Notes under the pieces: generated by a model
Database searches by the model: none
What the model saw: only the letters and a program-made list of their open reading frames with translations
Told to the model about the DNA's origin: nothing
Assembly (NCBI GenBank): GCA_977030845.1
Contig: OZ365112.1
Coordinates: 19,406,001-19,470,000 of the forward strand
Length of the DNA stretch: 64,000 nt
Source of the DNA: Fimbriosthenelais zetlandica
Lineage: Eukaryota
Direction: 5' to 3'
Made by a program: the position numbers and the translations under genes
Shown: positions 24,087-37,617 of the stretch, one piece after another
Layout of the letters: every line of letters starts with the position of its first letter
How positions within the stretch are numbered: the first letter of the stretch is position 1

Positions 24087-26748
24087 CTGCCAAGAAAATG
24101 TAAATTTGCGTGATTTTAGTACATCTACAAAGAACGTTAACATTTTCACTGACTATACTACGGATTCATATTTTGTAACATTATATGTTCATAACTAATT
24201 GGTAAAATAATATTAAACAAATTTAAGAGTTATGGATATAGTACCAAAAGGTTTTAAGGGGTGCTATATCGATTGTATTATGTTCACCCCAGAAGCACAC
24301 CCAATGTCAAGCCAAGTGCCCTACCCCAGGTCAGCTTGTCTTCCTACGTCCTCTATCCTGCCTCTCACAGGTCCCTTCTCAAAGGCTGCTGAAACAGAAC
24401 AGTGTTTTGGCTTTGTTCAATTTTTGCTCCGCCCTCTGGGTATGTATGGTCTATTACAGCCACAGCAAGAGGAGCGCAACATCCAATACTGACGGAAACA
24501 TCAGCTTGTTGCAAAAGTTTAAAAGATTGGGAGGATGGCGGTGGAGGTGAGGGATGGTGTGGAGGAGTAGGTGGTGGGTCCCTTTTTGGACCACCCTAGT
24601 GGTCAGAAACTTCATAGCAACCAGGTAGGATTACAAGGGTTACAAGACCACTGTCATTGAGGATTCTACGTTATGATTATGTAGAGTGGATGCCAAAGGT
24701 CCAATTTGGCTTAAAATAATATCATTGATTGAAAAGTTCGCATAGGGATTGCCCCATGTTGGGGTTAATGTATGGATTGACAAAAAACCCAAATACATCC
24801 AAATGGAAAGGAATCAGATGTATCCAAAGGGATAATATAATAATGTTCTATTACATGGGAAGTAATTCTTTATCTCAAGTGAAAGTACTCAGGAAGGTCC
24901 CACGCGATGGGATCTAAAAACTATACTAAGATGGTAAAACGTTGTCTCTCTGGTGGGAGAGAGGAAAAAAGACTGCAACTTAAAATGAGGAAGGACAGTG
25001 TTGTTTCGTGAAAACAATCTGCGACTGTCAGAATGAACAGACACAATTATTGTGTCTAATGTGTACAACGCTTTCCCTACAGATGTCATGCAAACTAAAG
25101 ACCATGTGGCTCTGGATTCGCTGAAGTTAGAAGGAAAAAACAGCAAGTTAGAAATGTTGCAATCGATCACGTGTTTTCATTACCCATGCAAAGGGAGACA
25201 TGTCCATGCTGCACACCTAGAATCTTCTAAGCATATTAGGATCAGTTCTGGGGCTGAAAGACAGTAAGGAAGATACCGGATCCTTTTAGCTAAAGAAATG
25301 AGGACCTAAGCGGAATACCGATTCTTTGGCATCTGTTTCCAGGGGAAACTATAGTGCTGAAGTATATAGACTCTTCTCCCAAGGACCAGCATCTTATATG
25401 TATTGATCAATGATCTGGATATAGTTACTGGATGTTTAAATATTTTTAGGCGCACTATACTGAAAGGTTCATTGAGGTGCAGCATCTTAAAGTCGTGAGC
25501 TATATCAACTGCTACTGAACTTGACATTATACCGTAGACAGTTCTATATGAAACAAGTGGTACCTATCTCCCTCCTTACCTCCATGCATCTTCTCCATTG
25601 AGAATGCCTTTTACAAATATGGGACCATAGGATATGTATGTATGGATGGCAGCAAAGAGTAGGAAAAGCTATAGCTGTTTTTAATTTGTTCTTACCAGCG
25701 GACGTTCTATGTGGCTGCGCTCGAACTGGCAGCAAGAAAAGCACTGCTGGAGGCCCGTGCGCGTGGTGGGGGCACCTTGGTTATAAGGAGGCCCAGGTGG
25801 GCCGATGGGAATTTAATGAATACATCGATGTCATATCCTTAAAGGTGTATTGAGTGAAAGACAGGAGAAAAGAGGAGGGAGTGAAGAGGTGAGAAGAGAG
25901 ATGCAAAAGGATTGAAGGGGCAGGAAGGGAAGGAGGATGGTCATTGGAGAGAAGGGAAAGGACACAGTACCTATTAATACATAAATAGCATCGATATTCG
26001 GCAAAAGTAGAAAATAAAAAAAACGCCCCTTTAATACTTCCACGAGGAAAAGATAATCCTTGTAGACATCCAAATGTTGAAATGTCTATATGTGCTATTA
26101 ATCTTCAAGTGGATAATTCTGCCCAAAATCTTAAAAAAAGGAGATGAATAATTATATCTCGGATGTGAGGAAGACAGTGCATTGTTGTTGCTAGAGGCAC
26201 TGGGGTATATAATTGGTAAACTGTAAACAAAACTGGATTCGTTTCAAGTCACTGGGTGGGAAAAATCTCTGCCAACGACGGAGGCAAAGAGGCAGTGGAG
26301 AGGAAAAAATCTAGGGGAATATCCTGACATTGACGACTACGCTTCTCACATGCAGTGGGAAATTTTGGGTCGGTAGACCTTTTACTTCAACCACAGTCCA
26401 CTCCAAATTCTAGATCAGCATTATAAAGAAGAAACAATCGGTGAAAATTATCATTTTTGCCTGCCACGAAAAAAAATTACACTTTGGTCCAAAGTTATAT
26501 GTTGTTAAAATATACAAAGTTAGTTGCGGCTGAGTCCGTCTTAAGTTGGGGAGAGGGAGAGAACTTGTTCGAACTACCCCCTTCTGCCCCCCTGCATTTC
26601 ACTTGGCAAAGCTCCCTCTTCTCCTCCTTTCTCCTCCTCCACCTCCAAGCCACAGCCTCTACACTACTACTACAACTACTATAACTACCTCCCTCGATCC
26701 TCCCCCACTTGGACCCTCTCTAGCCTAGAGAAGTATAACTTTTCTGTC

Positions 26749-29700
26749 ATGGCCGTCGACTGCTGTGGTGGAAGGGATTCTCCTCCCAATGGCGCCACAC
26801 TGGCTAGCCGCGTCTGCCTTCTTTTCTATCTCCTGGTGTTTTCTGGCGCCAGAATGTCTGGCGCGTCGCGAGTCGGAGTGGTAGGAGGATTCTCCAATGA
26901 CGACCAACAAAGGGTTATTCCCTCTAATAGACTACTGCAACAACAGCAACAACAACGAGAGGGAAGAGTTTCAACTTCTAGGGTACAAAGCGATGCTATC
27001 ACACGCTTATCCAAAGTGTTTGGTATAGACAGAGTTCCTATACATAGACATCATAGGTCACCACCGCAATATATGGTGGAACTTTATAATACGGTGGCTT
27101 ACCATAATGGGATAACTCGGATACCAGGGCCTTATGGCTCAGATGTGGTCAGAGGATTCCCTGATAGAGGTAGGTTAATTCTAAGTTCATTATAAAGCAA
27201 TCCTTCCCATTAATCTTAATTATATAGCAGTACACCCCTTATTTTGGTGGCATGCCTCTTCTAAAAGGTCCAGACTTTGAGATAAATGAGTCAGAGGAAA
27301 TGTGAAAGGTCCATGGATGTATATTTGACTGATGTGCGCATGTGTGGGAATGTTCGTCAAGCCACAGCAATGTCCTTTAACAGCAGCTTTAATTTCTCTC
27401 GAAACTATTCTATCAGTTCATTTATATAACAGATTCATGTCTAGATTCTTTCATCACTAATATTTTCCTTATCCACATCATGCATGCAGTCCTTGTTCAT
27501 CACTTGGAAGGTTTTTCTTTTATATTAATTTGCTGTCACAGTACATATAGTTATCATTTATTGGGTACTTTTTCACACCTTTTCACCCAATAACGACCAT
27601 CTTTATATGGGTGTGTACATTATGACCACCTGGGATGACCTGTTTAGAGTGAACTGGGCGCACTTTGTCCAACCAACACCTTTCTTTGCCCCCAGAGATA
27701 TATACCGGATATACCAGACCATTTTCAGCCCGTTTGTACTTTTGCAAACCTTGCTTTGTCCGCTATTACAAAGCATGATTTGACATGACTATACACTTCT
27801 GTGTATGGAGTCGGTTGGCATGTCCTTTTTGAACGGTTTCTACTAAAACATCCCCCTTTTAGAAGGTAGGTGGATGAAAACATGGCAACCCCCATCACCT
27901 CCAGATTGGGTTACCTGTCATCCTTCTGGCACTATTGTCACCTGCCTGCCCCACCGCCACTTAACATATGTTTAGTTAAGTGTTCGATGCTCCCCTCGCC
28001 CTTTTGCTTTGAGTGCTTCCAGGGGGAATGAGGGAATGGGCTCAGACGGGCTAAAGAGTATATCTATTATATACTGTTGATTATACCATATTCTCACTGC
28101 TTAAAGCTCCCGTGGAAATCTTTATTTCTTTAACTCTTTAAGGAACATTCGTTAACCCTGTTTACAAGTTAAATTATTTAAAAAAGAATGTGGCACGTAC
28201 TAGGATAGACAGTCTGAATTTTCACCGGATAACAATGTACCCCAGGTATTCCTTTTAGCTGGAAAGGCACCGCACTGGTCCTTGTTTAAATTGGACATGG
28301 TGCCTCATGAAAGGAATACGGTAGAGATTTCTCGTTCATAAGGCCTTACCCCAATCCTAATAGATGTGAAGATATACAGTGGTTTATTTACGAAAAGGCT
28401 TCTAATTTCTGGCCACTGTTGATCTCCAAGCTTGAGCTTTTGTCAGTACAAAATATATCAGGGAAATTCTATATATAGACGCCCATCGTTTCAGATGTCA
28501 GTGTCATCGTCAAACATTTTCTCCTTTTCAGGATATATTTTTTCGAATGTAGGAGGTTATTCCCTTTGGGAAAATAACATATTGTGTATTCTGATATAAG
28601 GAAATGCAATATGATCGTCTCAAATGACCCCATTCTGCAATCTCTTGCTCTCCAAACAATTCTTTTCTTTCTTAATTTTCAACTATCCTACTTCGCTATA
28701 AATTATAGACGATTTTCTTCTGTTAGGTGTTAGGAATGTCCTGTGGAAAGATCCGGTGAAAACACTAAATACACGGTATTGAAAAATGAATCTATTGATT
28801 CATTTCATTTTAAATGTAAGTGTGAAGATACCGGAATGAATTTCTCAGGCAATTCTTCGTTACAACGTAAGCGAGACCCCTCTCCTCAATATTCACCCCC
28901 TATTCTCATCATACATGTGCACTTGGTCGCCCATAGATCTAGGAATTTGTCAATTATGGTGAATTATGTTGCTGTAACAAATTTTCCACTCAATAAATCC
29001 CAATGATACGTGATTTCAATGGGCCAAAGATTGAAGCCCAGAGAGGAGATGAAGGCTCCCATAATGATAGATTGTTGGGGTTGAGAAAGGGCTCCAGCCG
29101 AGCTGAATTCTCCCACCGACCTGTGCTCAACTCAGGGGCAGCAGTTGTAAAGGATTCTCAAATCCATTAGGCAGTTGGATGGACTGCAGGTGCGGACGGG
29201 GATTGTTACTTATCAGTAATATATACACAGGTGTGGGCAAGACAGCAAGCCAACTGCAGGTGTCTCTCTTGCCCCTGTCCGTGCCTCATAAGCTTCGATT
29301 GAAATCCAAGTCCCCAACCCCTGGTGCTCTCACTCCGTGCCTGCTATAAACATCTTACAAATAGATCCACATGCTTTTTTGCCCATCAAGCAGACGTTTT
29401 CACTTTAGAAATGATACAAGCCAGGCTTATAACCGACACACGAGGTGAACACCTGTGTATTATGCTGTGTGTTTTAGTATATAAGGTACATAAAGTAGTG
29501 AATGATGTTTACAGGTCCCAGACACGGCCACGTGTTTCATTCCTAGTTTCGGGGACTTGGAAGCGAAAATTAAGTTTTTTTTACCGCTTTGAAGACGGTA
29601 CTTATACATTCCAGTATAACATTACAGCTGCCAGGTCGTTCTCTTCTACATACATCGCAATGTATTCTATATAAGATGTACAATCTGGTGCTGATAGCAA

Positions 29701-32700
29701 TGTTAATGCGCAACTGTCATAAGATTATTATAATTCTAAAGTATGACATACAGAGTGTTTAAATATAACATATTGCTTCTATTTCATAGTGAAATACTGT
29801 ATGAATACAATATGGTAAAACACCTTATTTTTGAATGGAATATTCTTTCGCCCCGCAGCAATGTTACGTTTGCAGCCTCCGAGTTTACTATTGTTTTAGT
29901 AAGCAATGTTTGTTGATCTAGTTGGCCTATGATATGAATGTTCTTTCCCCATGTCGAATAGCTTAGTATTTATTTGTCTATAAATACATTGATAGTATTG
30001 TATATTTATCCCCATCTTCGCTGTTTTCTTCTTGTGCTTCTATCTACCAACATGGCCTTTGATTCAGCATGTCAGATTTTGGATTTACGAAATTTCTATT
30101 TTCCGTAAGTACTAGGCTTTTCTTCTCCAGCATATGCATCTGGATTAGCATTTTATGTATATCATAGAGCATCTGAGGCAGAATAGTCAGATCCTAAGAA
30201 ATACATTTGGAAGAGAGTTCATTATCACCCATGTGATGAGCTCAAAATGCAGCTTTAAAACACCGTAATACACTGGTTAACACCTTGTATTTTGTCAGGT
30301 TGAAAAGAGGGGGATCCTTCTGCCTCCCTTAGCTTCATGTGAGTTTCTGCTCTTTCACTCACCCAAACTGAAGGTGTTATTTCACTCCAACACCCCAAAG
30401 TTACCCACAAAGGAGGCCCCGTCCTTCTCAATATCTTCCGCACACGTTCCTGTCTTTACTGAAGCGGAAAGGACAGCCCGGGGCCTGTTACATAAAAAAT
30501 GTGAAGTCTGGGATGATATTTATGAAGACAGGTGAAATAATGTGAAAGGCTGACATGGATGATACTCATGTATTTAGTCTATAATTCATTGAATTCAATA
30601 TTACAATTTCTAGTAAATATTTTCCTTTATATCTTTTGGAAATTGAAGTATTACAGCACAAAATTTACGATAGAGCAAAATGTACGTCGTAGATTCTATA
30701 CTGATGAAGTACATCATACATATATCTTTTTATGAAACAGGCCCCTGACTGCATGAAGCTATATTGGACTTCCCATCCGATCTTGGGCCTTCACTCTCCA
30801 ACCGAGACAAACATATGCTGAACTACATTCAACAATATTTATCTAAAATGTTCTTACATCGTATGAAGGAAACTTGGGGTCTGGGGTCGGAACTACATGC
30901 TCCTTCTATCCCTACTTTTACTAATCGACGAACTGAATGAACCAGTGCAAAATAAGTGGAAACAGATGGTGGGAACGTGCCTGGTGATGCATGGGGGGGG
31001 GGGGGGCTGACTTTTTCGAGACAGAGATATAGCCTCGGATGAGAAGTCTCTGTATCTGTCGGAATATGCCATTTTTTTTGTCAAATGTTAGACGATCAGC
31101 CCCCCTGCCTGTAGATATGAAATCTGACGAAGATGGGAAATATGTACTCGGCCCTTCTAAAGTGGGTAATGGGTCAAAAAGCTAGTATGGGAGTGCAGGG
31201 GCAGGAAGTAAATTATTAAGACTCCATCTTTAAATGATTTTACACTCACAAGTTATGAGAAAACCTTATGCGCAGGTTCTTGTTCTACTGTTAGACCTTC
31301 TTTCTTTGCTCATTCTGTGAAGTTATGAGTCAATGTGTTTGGTATAGATTATACTGTTGAAGGGCACATTCAGGGGAACATGGGGAATTCACCCTTGTGA
31401 TCCATCTTGTTGGTATGTGCAAAGACTTCGAAAGAGAATTTGGTTGTCATAAATAATTTACGTAATATCTGTCACACTATAGAATTTTGTTATTAAATAT
31501 TGAATACTCAAATCATTCCATACGGTCCCGGACTAAATCATGTGGATAGGGACCACAACTTAATCATCCATTTCGATAATTCATACAAAAATGTCTTTAT
31601 GAAATATTAATTACACCGAAGTTCGCGGTTTCCTAAAACAAAGGATCAAAGAATTTCATTGTTCGCCATGTAATATGATATCATTCCATATACTACTAGC
31701 ATGCTCTTCTGGTGGCTTAGGCAGTTGTAGTTATTGTTGAACTGACCATCAAATTCTAGATAGCATTAATTTATTTTCTATAACATTCTTCATTTTTATT
31801 CTCCTAACCTTTCAGCCAACACAGAACAGATGCATTTCGTCTTCAATGTGTCATATATAGATCAGGCAGAGAAAATATTACAGGGGGAATTTCGTGTATT
31901 TCGTCTTCGGCCTCGACCCCCAAATCCCAGTACAAGCATACCACGAGGGATACACCTGATAGAGGTAACTATTCAACTCCTCCCATGTCAGGGCATTTTC
32001 ATCCAAAAAGTTCCTTCACAAGTATCTACCACACTGTCATGTAGGACCTCTGTTTGAATTTATAACCGTTGAACCCATTTTTAGGTACGGTTGTATCAAG
32101 TACTGGATCCTCGAAGAATGCACCAGCAGGACGGAGTCAAACTACTGGACTTCCGCCGCCTCAACACTATGTCCCATGGCTGGGAAGTCTTTAAGGTGAA
32201 GGACGCTATTCAAGATTGGGTCAATGACACAGCGACAAATTTCGGTGAGACACTCATCACAAATTCTCAATTATTGTCAACTTTGAAAGGAGTGTTCAAG
32301 GTGTGTGTTGTGGATCTTATGGAGAGGAAGGTGGGGCTTTACTCGAGCAAGCATTTCTTAGAGTAGTACTGTTTGATGTAATGGAGATCTAGTTTGTTTC
32401 TCACCTTCACCTTCTCCCAGCTTACATCATAAGCAATTCAATGAATTGAATGAGATGCGATATGAATAAGCAGTCGTAGGCGTTTGTAATCCTGTTGAGT
32501 TATTGACGTTATTGCACCCGAGATTTTAATAGAAATGTTTGCTTAGATGCATGGGGGTGGTTGGTTATTTCACATTTGGTAAACAGAAAAAAGTACAATT
32601 AAATTATAAGGGCCATTCTCTTACCTTAACACCCCACTTCAACTCTTGGCACCCTACTTTATATTAATACTTAAGGACAGCTATAAATAGTAAATCTCCA

Positions 32701-33867
32701 CTCCCACGCGGACATTTCCAAAACTGGTCGGTATATCCTCTCTTTGTATGCCTCTTCCGCTTCCATTTACAAATAGTGAGCAAAATTATGCTCACAAAAC
32801 TGGGAAATAATCTCTTAAGGCCTCCCCCAACATCCTTTCCTTCCTATATTTCATCTTTCAGGAGTAAATATGAGTTGACTTTATAAAAAAAAAAAAGGAA
32901 ATAAGGAAATAAAAAGTGTCTCACTACTGTATAGTGAATTCTTTTATGCACCATTTCAATACCAATTCAACTCAGTCTATGAAATGAATTCCATTATACC
33001 ACATTACAGGTTTTTTGCTGGAAGCAACGACAAGACGCGGCCATTGGCCTGTGAATGGGTCCTACTTCCGAGTGGCTCAACGAGCAGAACATCACGATTC
33101 AAAACAACCGGTACTGGTTGTCTTCACAGAGGACAAAAGGAAGCAACTCTTTGTTGATGATAGTGATTCAGGTATGATTTTCTTTTCAATATTTTGATTT
33201 TGAAACTGAGCAAATTAGTATTTCATGAACAAAAGCCCTCTAGGTAGGCCTGTATATCAACTTTACGGAGGTTGCTCCTTTAAGGCAATGTTTTCAAATA
33301 GAACTTTCTCTCGTCATTTTAGATATCGTTCAAGGCGAAGCAATTGAAAGGAAGCCCGTTCTCTCTATACACCACAAGACATATGTCCAGTTCCTCAATG
33401 AACGTCACCGAGCAAAGCATGGAAATTATCGAAGTACGCCTAAGCGCCACCAATATAGTCCTGGTCCTAGCAGTGACGTCACTGATTCTCAACCGAGACA
33501 TAGAGGAAAACGCTCAGTGGAATTTAACACCTCACCCAGAAAGAGGAAAGAAACCTGCTCTAGGCGAGAACTTTATGTGGATTTTGACAAGATAGGATGG
33601 TCTGGTTGGATAATTTCCCCGAAAGGCTATAACGCTTATCACTGTAAAGGTGAATGCCCATTTCCTTTGGGGCAAAACCAAAAGCCAACGAATCATGCCA
33701 CAGTGCAAAGCATTGTGCATGCATTGAGCATCGGGAAGGAGGTAGGGACACCTTGCTGTGTACCTAATAAACTATATTCGTTCAGCTTATTATATTTTGA
33801 TGATGATGAAAATGTTATTTTAAAGAGGTACGATGATATGGTAGCCGCAAGCTGTGGTTGTCATTGA
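26749..33867 (+). CDS. ADMP: anti-dorsalizing morphogenetic protein (TGF-beta/BMP family), 5 exons, 478 aa
   Basis: Exons 26749-27169, 31816-31964, 32085-32244, 33010-33171 and 33323-33867 total 1437 nt in frame with GT-AG sites. Signal peptide; prodomain PPQYMVELYNTVA..GIT..PY and HHDSKQPVLVVF; furin site RGKR. The 7-Cys mature domain LYVDFDKIGWSGWIISPKGYNAYHCKGECPFPLGQ..PTNHATVQSIV..CCVP..LLYFDDDENVILKRYDDMVAASCGCH is ADMP-diagnostic. Confidence 0.93.
26845..26860 (+). promoter_or_regulatory. exact match to the BMP-responsive Smad/Schnurri element GRCGNC(N5)GTCTG within ADMP exon 1
   Basis: The sequence is GGCGCC-AGAAT-GTCTG. The match is exact; function is inferred. Confidence 0.45.
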
Positions 33868-36167
33868 ATGACAATGGCATATTTTGGTCCAAGTAATCAA
33901 AATGAATATTGACAAATTAATGCACAAATACATTTTCGGAAGATGCCAAGGGGATACACATAATAATGTGTTGTATAAGAACATGGATTTTATCGCTGTC
34001 GTCATTATTGCTTTGATAAGTCCATGGTTAACTAAAATCTGTGCCAACATTAAAATAACGTGCCAAAGGCTTTCCACACTGAGAGAATAACCTTATACAC
34101 TAAACATATTAAGGTTGCTGCATGAAGTATTCTAAAGGTGTATATGTTCAAGAAACTGGCATGTGGGGAATGGCGCAACAGGCATTGATCCTACCCCATC
34201 TGTGAGACGAGAGTTTGTTAAGACAGACGATGGTTTGTTTGCTTACAGATTCCAGAGAAGATTATTAACAATGATGCATGGAGACGAGATGCCTCGGTAC
34301 ATATAATAATTGTGTTTAATTGTGTTCTTGGCTAGATTTGTCCGTCAGATGTCACGTACTGTGACCACATGCTATCATAATGTCCTACATACACCTGCTA
34401 TTTGACCTTCACCGTCATCTAAAAGCACTTACATATGTCATCACCAACACTTTCCTTACTACATATTCCGAGAAAAAGTACCTTTAGTTTTCGCTCTATC
34501 AATATAATATATACCACCATAATGCCATGACAAGGGCAAAGGTTTTCAGTGAACCAACAAAATAAAGTTTCAGCAAACAAAACGGCGTGGAAGAGGACAG
34601 AATCCAAATCATTATCATACAAAGGAATTGTACTTAACGCCAGTTCACATCACATCACGCAACCTTGACAAGAATCAAAGATCCACCGGAAGTCAACTTA
34701 AGTCGTGAACAGTTTGATTTACAATGGACGTCAGTGTAATGTGGCCCCACAAAAACATAAAATAAAACTGTGCCCGTTTACTGTATTAGCACAAAGTTAT
34801 GCACACTTCCATGAAAAGTGGACATTTCGGAATGAAGTCTTATTCTCATTACTCAGTTTATAATATCATATAACAGAAACAATTAAGAGATTCATTGCTC
34901 TAATCCTTACCTTAGTCATATGATGACGAATAATTCTATTCACCTTTTGTTTTCCGAGGCATAGACCGACGATATATACATTATGCGATATGTCAAACCT
35001 GTAAATATATAAATATTATTATACACGTGTAACTATGTTACATACTTAGCAAGGCGAGTATAGCTATGTAAAATAGATATGTATCATTCACCTAGAGTCT
35101 TTCGAAACTATAGAACTCGTGTATTTCGGATGACTGTAAGAATGTAAATATGCAATTATAAAGGTTAAATGCTTTTATCTTACTCTCTTTGGTATGTCAG
35201 AAACTTCCGACTATGAATACAGTTTTGTTTAGGAGGAAACAAAAAACAATGACTTTCAGCCATACATTGTATATACTTGACCTAAATAATGATTAGAAAA
35301 GCAATTCATTTTTGAAGCTTTTAGGACATGTCCACCATGGTAAAGCCAATCAAAGTTTATTCAACTTCAACTTTTATTAAATCATCGACATATTGACCTC
35401 GTTTATCTTATAACCAATTTTCTGAAAGTGTGTGGGGGCAAACCTAAAAATAGCCCAGTATAATGATTCTAACTCTAAGAATATAACAGTAACAGGCAGG
35501 CCAAAAACGGCTGATAAAGTGTAGGCCTACATGTATAAGTCCCTGCCCCATACTCTGACTCTATTTTTAAAAGTTTGAGAATGGCATACTGCTGTGTAAG
35601 TCTTCTCAGTTTGGATTTGTCCGTTTTAGAGGGGAATATATATCTGGGGGAAATATTTAGAACACTCACAGATTTGTAGGGAGAGAGGGGGGTCTGAAAG
35701 GAAGATATCATATTTCATCTCATATGACCACTAGGTATAGTCTATAAGGGCATTTTTTGCGATCATTTCTTTACCATAGTCTAGATTGCGAGAAGGAACA
35801 ACAATTTGTAAAAGTCTTACCAGGGCAGATCACTCTTCATTGAAAAACAGCGTTGACGACCCCAAAAAGGCCTGTCACGTAAGAATGTGGCTCGTTCACT
35901 CGTGACAAGAGAAGAATCTCCTCCTGGCATCTAAATTGGTCATGCTAATTAGGGGGTGGTATGCCACCCGCCATGCCTTGTCATAGGTTAACAACGACAT
36001 CAAAGAACATCACTTTAGCGCCTCATCACACGACTTGCAGTCCTTTTTCCACCCCTGGCTGAGAAAAGGGGGATATATGATATGGCTGAACTTTAGCGAG
36101 GCCTCCCTACACACCACAGGCTGTCGTGCAATGACTAGTATTATTAAAGGAAGTAAAGGCCCTACAT

Positions 36168-36671
36168 CACTGTACCTAGACCTACCAGTGTAATTCGAAT
36201 TACCCGAAACCAAAATGGCGGATGGTGATTACCATTCATTTTATTTCATTGAATTGTGACACAATTAAAGAGAGTTAGAACATGCAGGTTAGGTGAGTCT
36301 TTTCTTTTAGTGATGAAGATGAATACCTAGCATATGAATAAAGCCAATCTTGTCTATATTCTGCCAAATCCGACTTTGTTCTTTGCTATGGTATCGTGGT
36401 AATTCTATTTGGGTCGATTGTATGTACACAAATAGAATTACCACGATACCATACAAAAAAACATAGTCGAATTATGCAGAAAATGGACAGGACTGGCGTT
36501 ATTTATGTGCTTGGTAATCATCTTCATCACTAAAAGAAAAGACTCATCTAACCTGCATGTTCTAACTCCCTTTCATTCTGTCACAATTCAATGAAATAAA
36601 ATGAATGGAAATCACCATCCGCCATTTTGGTTCGGGTAATTCGAATTACACTGGTAGGTCTAGGTACAGTG
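36168..36671. mobile_element. 504-bp foldback / MITE-like non-autonomous DNA transposon
   Basis: The element is almost fully palindromic, with arms of about 245 bp and a loop of about 15 nt near 36420. The first 41 nt of each arm are identical (CACTGTACCTAGACCTACCAGTGTAATTCGAATTACCCGAA). It is flanked by the direct repeat TACAT (36163-36167 and 36672-36676). Confidence 0.85.
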
Positions 36672-37617
36672 TACATGGGCAGCCTGAGCGGTGTGCTGGC
36701 TTCGGTCCATGGTACCCTCTTCCTACCAGGACTAGAAGGCCCTCCCATACCTCGATGAAATATTTAACACCTATATAATATTGCATCGCTCGCTCCACCT
36801 GTCGCCAAATCTTGAAACCATTCTTTCCCCCAGTTGACCCATTCGATAATAGCATAGAGGCCGTTCAGTGCCGGATCGGTGGGGGAGGGGCGCTGTCCGC
36901 CGGCACGAGACTAGCTAATAATAACCCCCAAAACTCGCTCGATTGCTTTCGACATAATTCTGGAGAATGTCTATTTATAGCACTGAATCGAATTGACTGC
37001 TGACAACAATGCTTGAGTGAATGCCATGAATCGAAATCCCCAAAGTAGCCTACCCAGCTCCTGAATCATGTAGATTTGTAGCCTATACGCCACGAACCGA
37101 GTCTGAACTCAGCCACTTACCCACCTATTGGCTTTAACAGGAAAACCGAACATCCGTGGTCCGGACGATACGAAATTGGGACCCACCTCTCGTTTTTTGC
37201 GCCGTTTTGATGATATTACTCCACTTCGTTTTGGGCTGATGTGAGGGTCTGTTGATGATTATGATGGTCACGCTACCTGGGGAAATAAGTGGGAAGCATG
37301 GGGAGTGGGAGTTAGTTCAGGATTTACACCCCAATGGCATGTGTTTTAAGCAATTTCGAGATTTCCTACCTTAAGAAAATATGAATTTGTAGGCTAAAAT
37401 ATGGAATGAGTCAGAGATTAGGCCTATTTTATTTATTAATAGATTTGTTTTATTATTTTATTTATTTTATTATCTCCTAGTTTATATAATTATGAATTTA
37501 TTAGTAAAGTATTATCTTAAGACTATTTATGAACTAGCCATGAAAATATTAGAAAACCTACCCATGATCTCACTTACACCACTCCGTCCGGTAGCGCCCA
37601 CGCCACATATAGGGATA

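Noticed and set aside
24250-24520. Minus-strand LDIGCASG (methyltransferase motif I-like) and EamA-like hydrophobic peptides; plus-strand CQAKC exon pair
   Set aside because: These need in-frame stops, purine-rich acceptors or 41-nt introns. The readings are mutually exclusive and probably chance.
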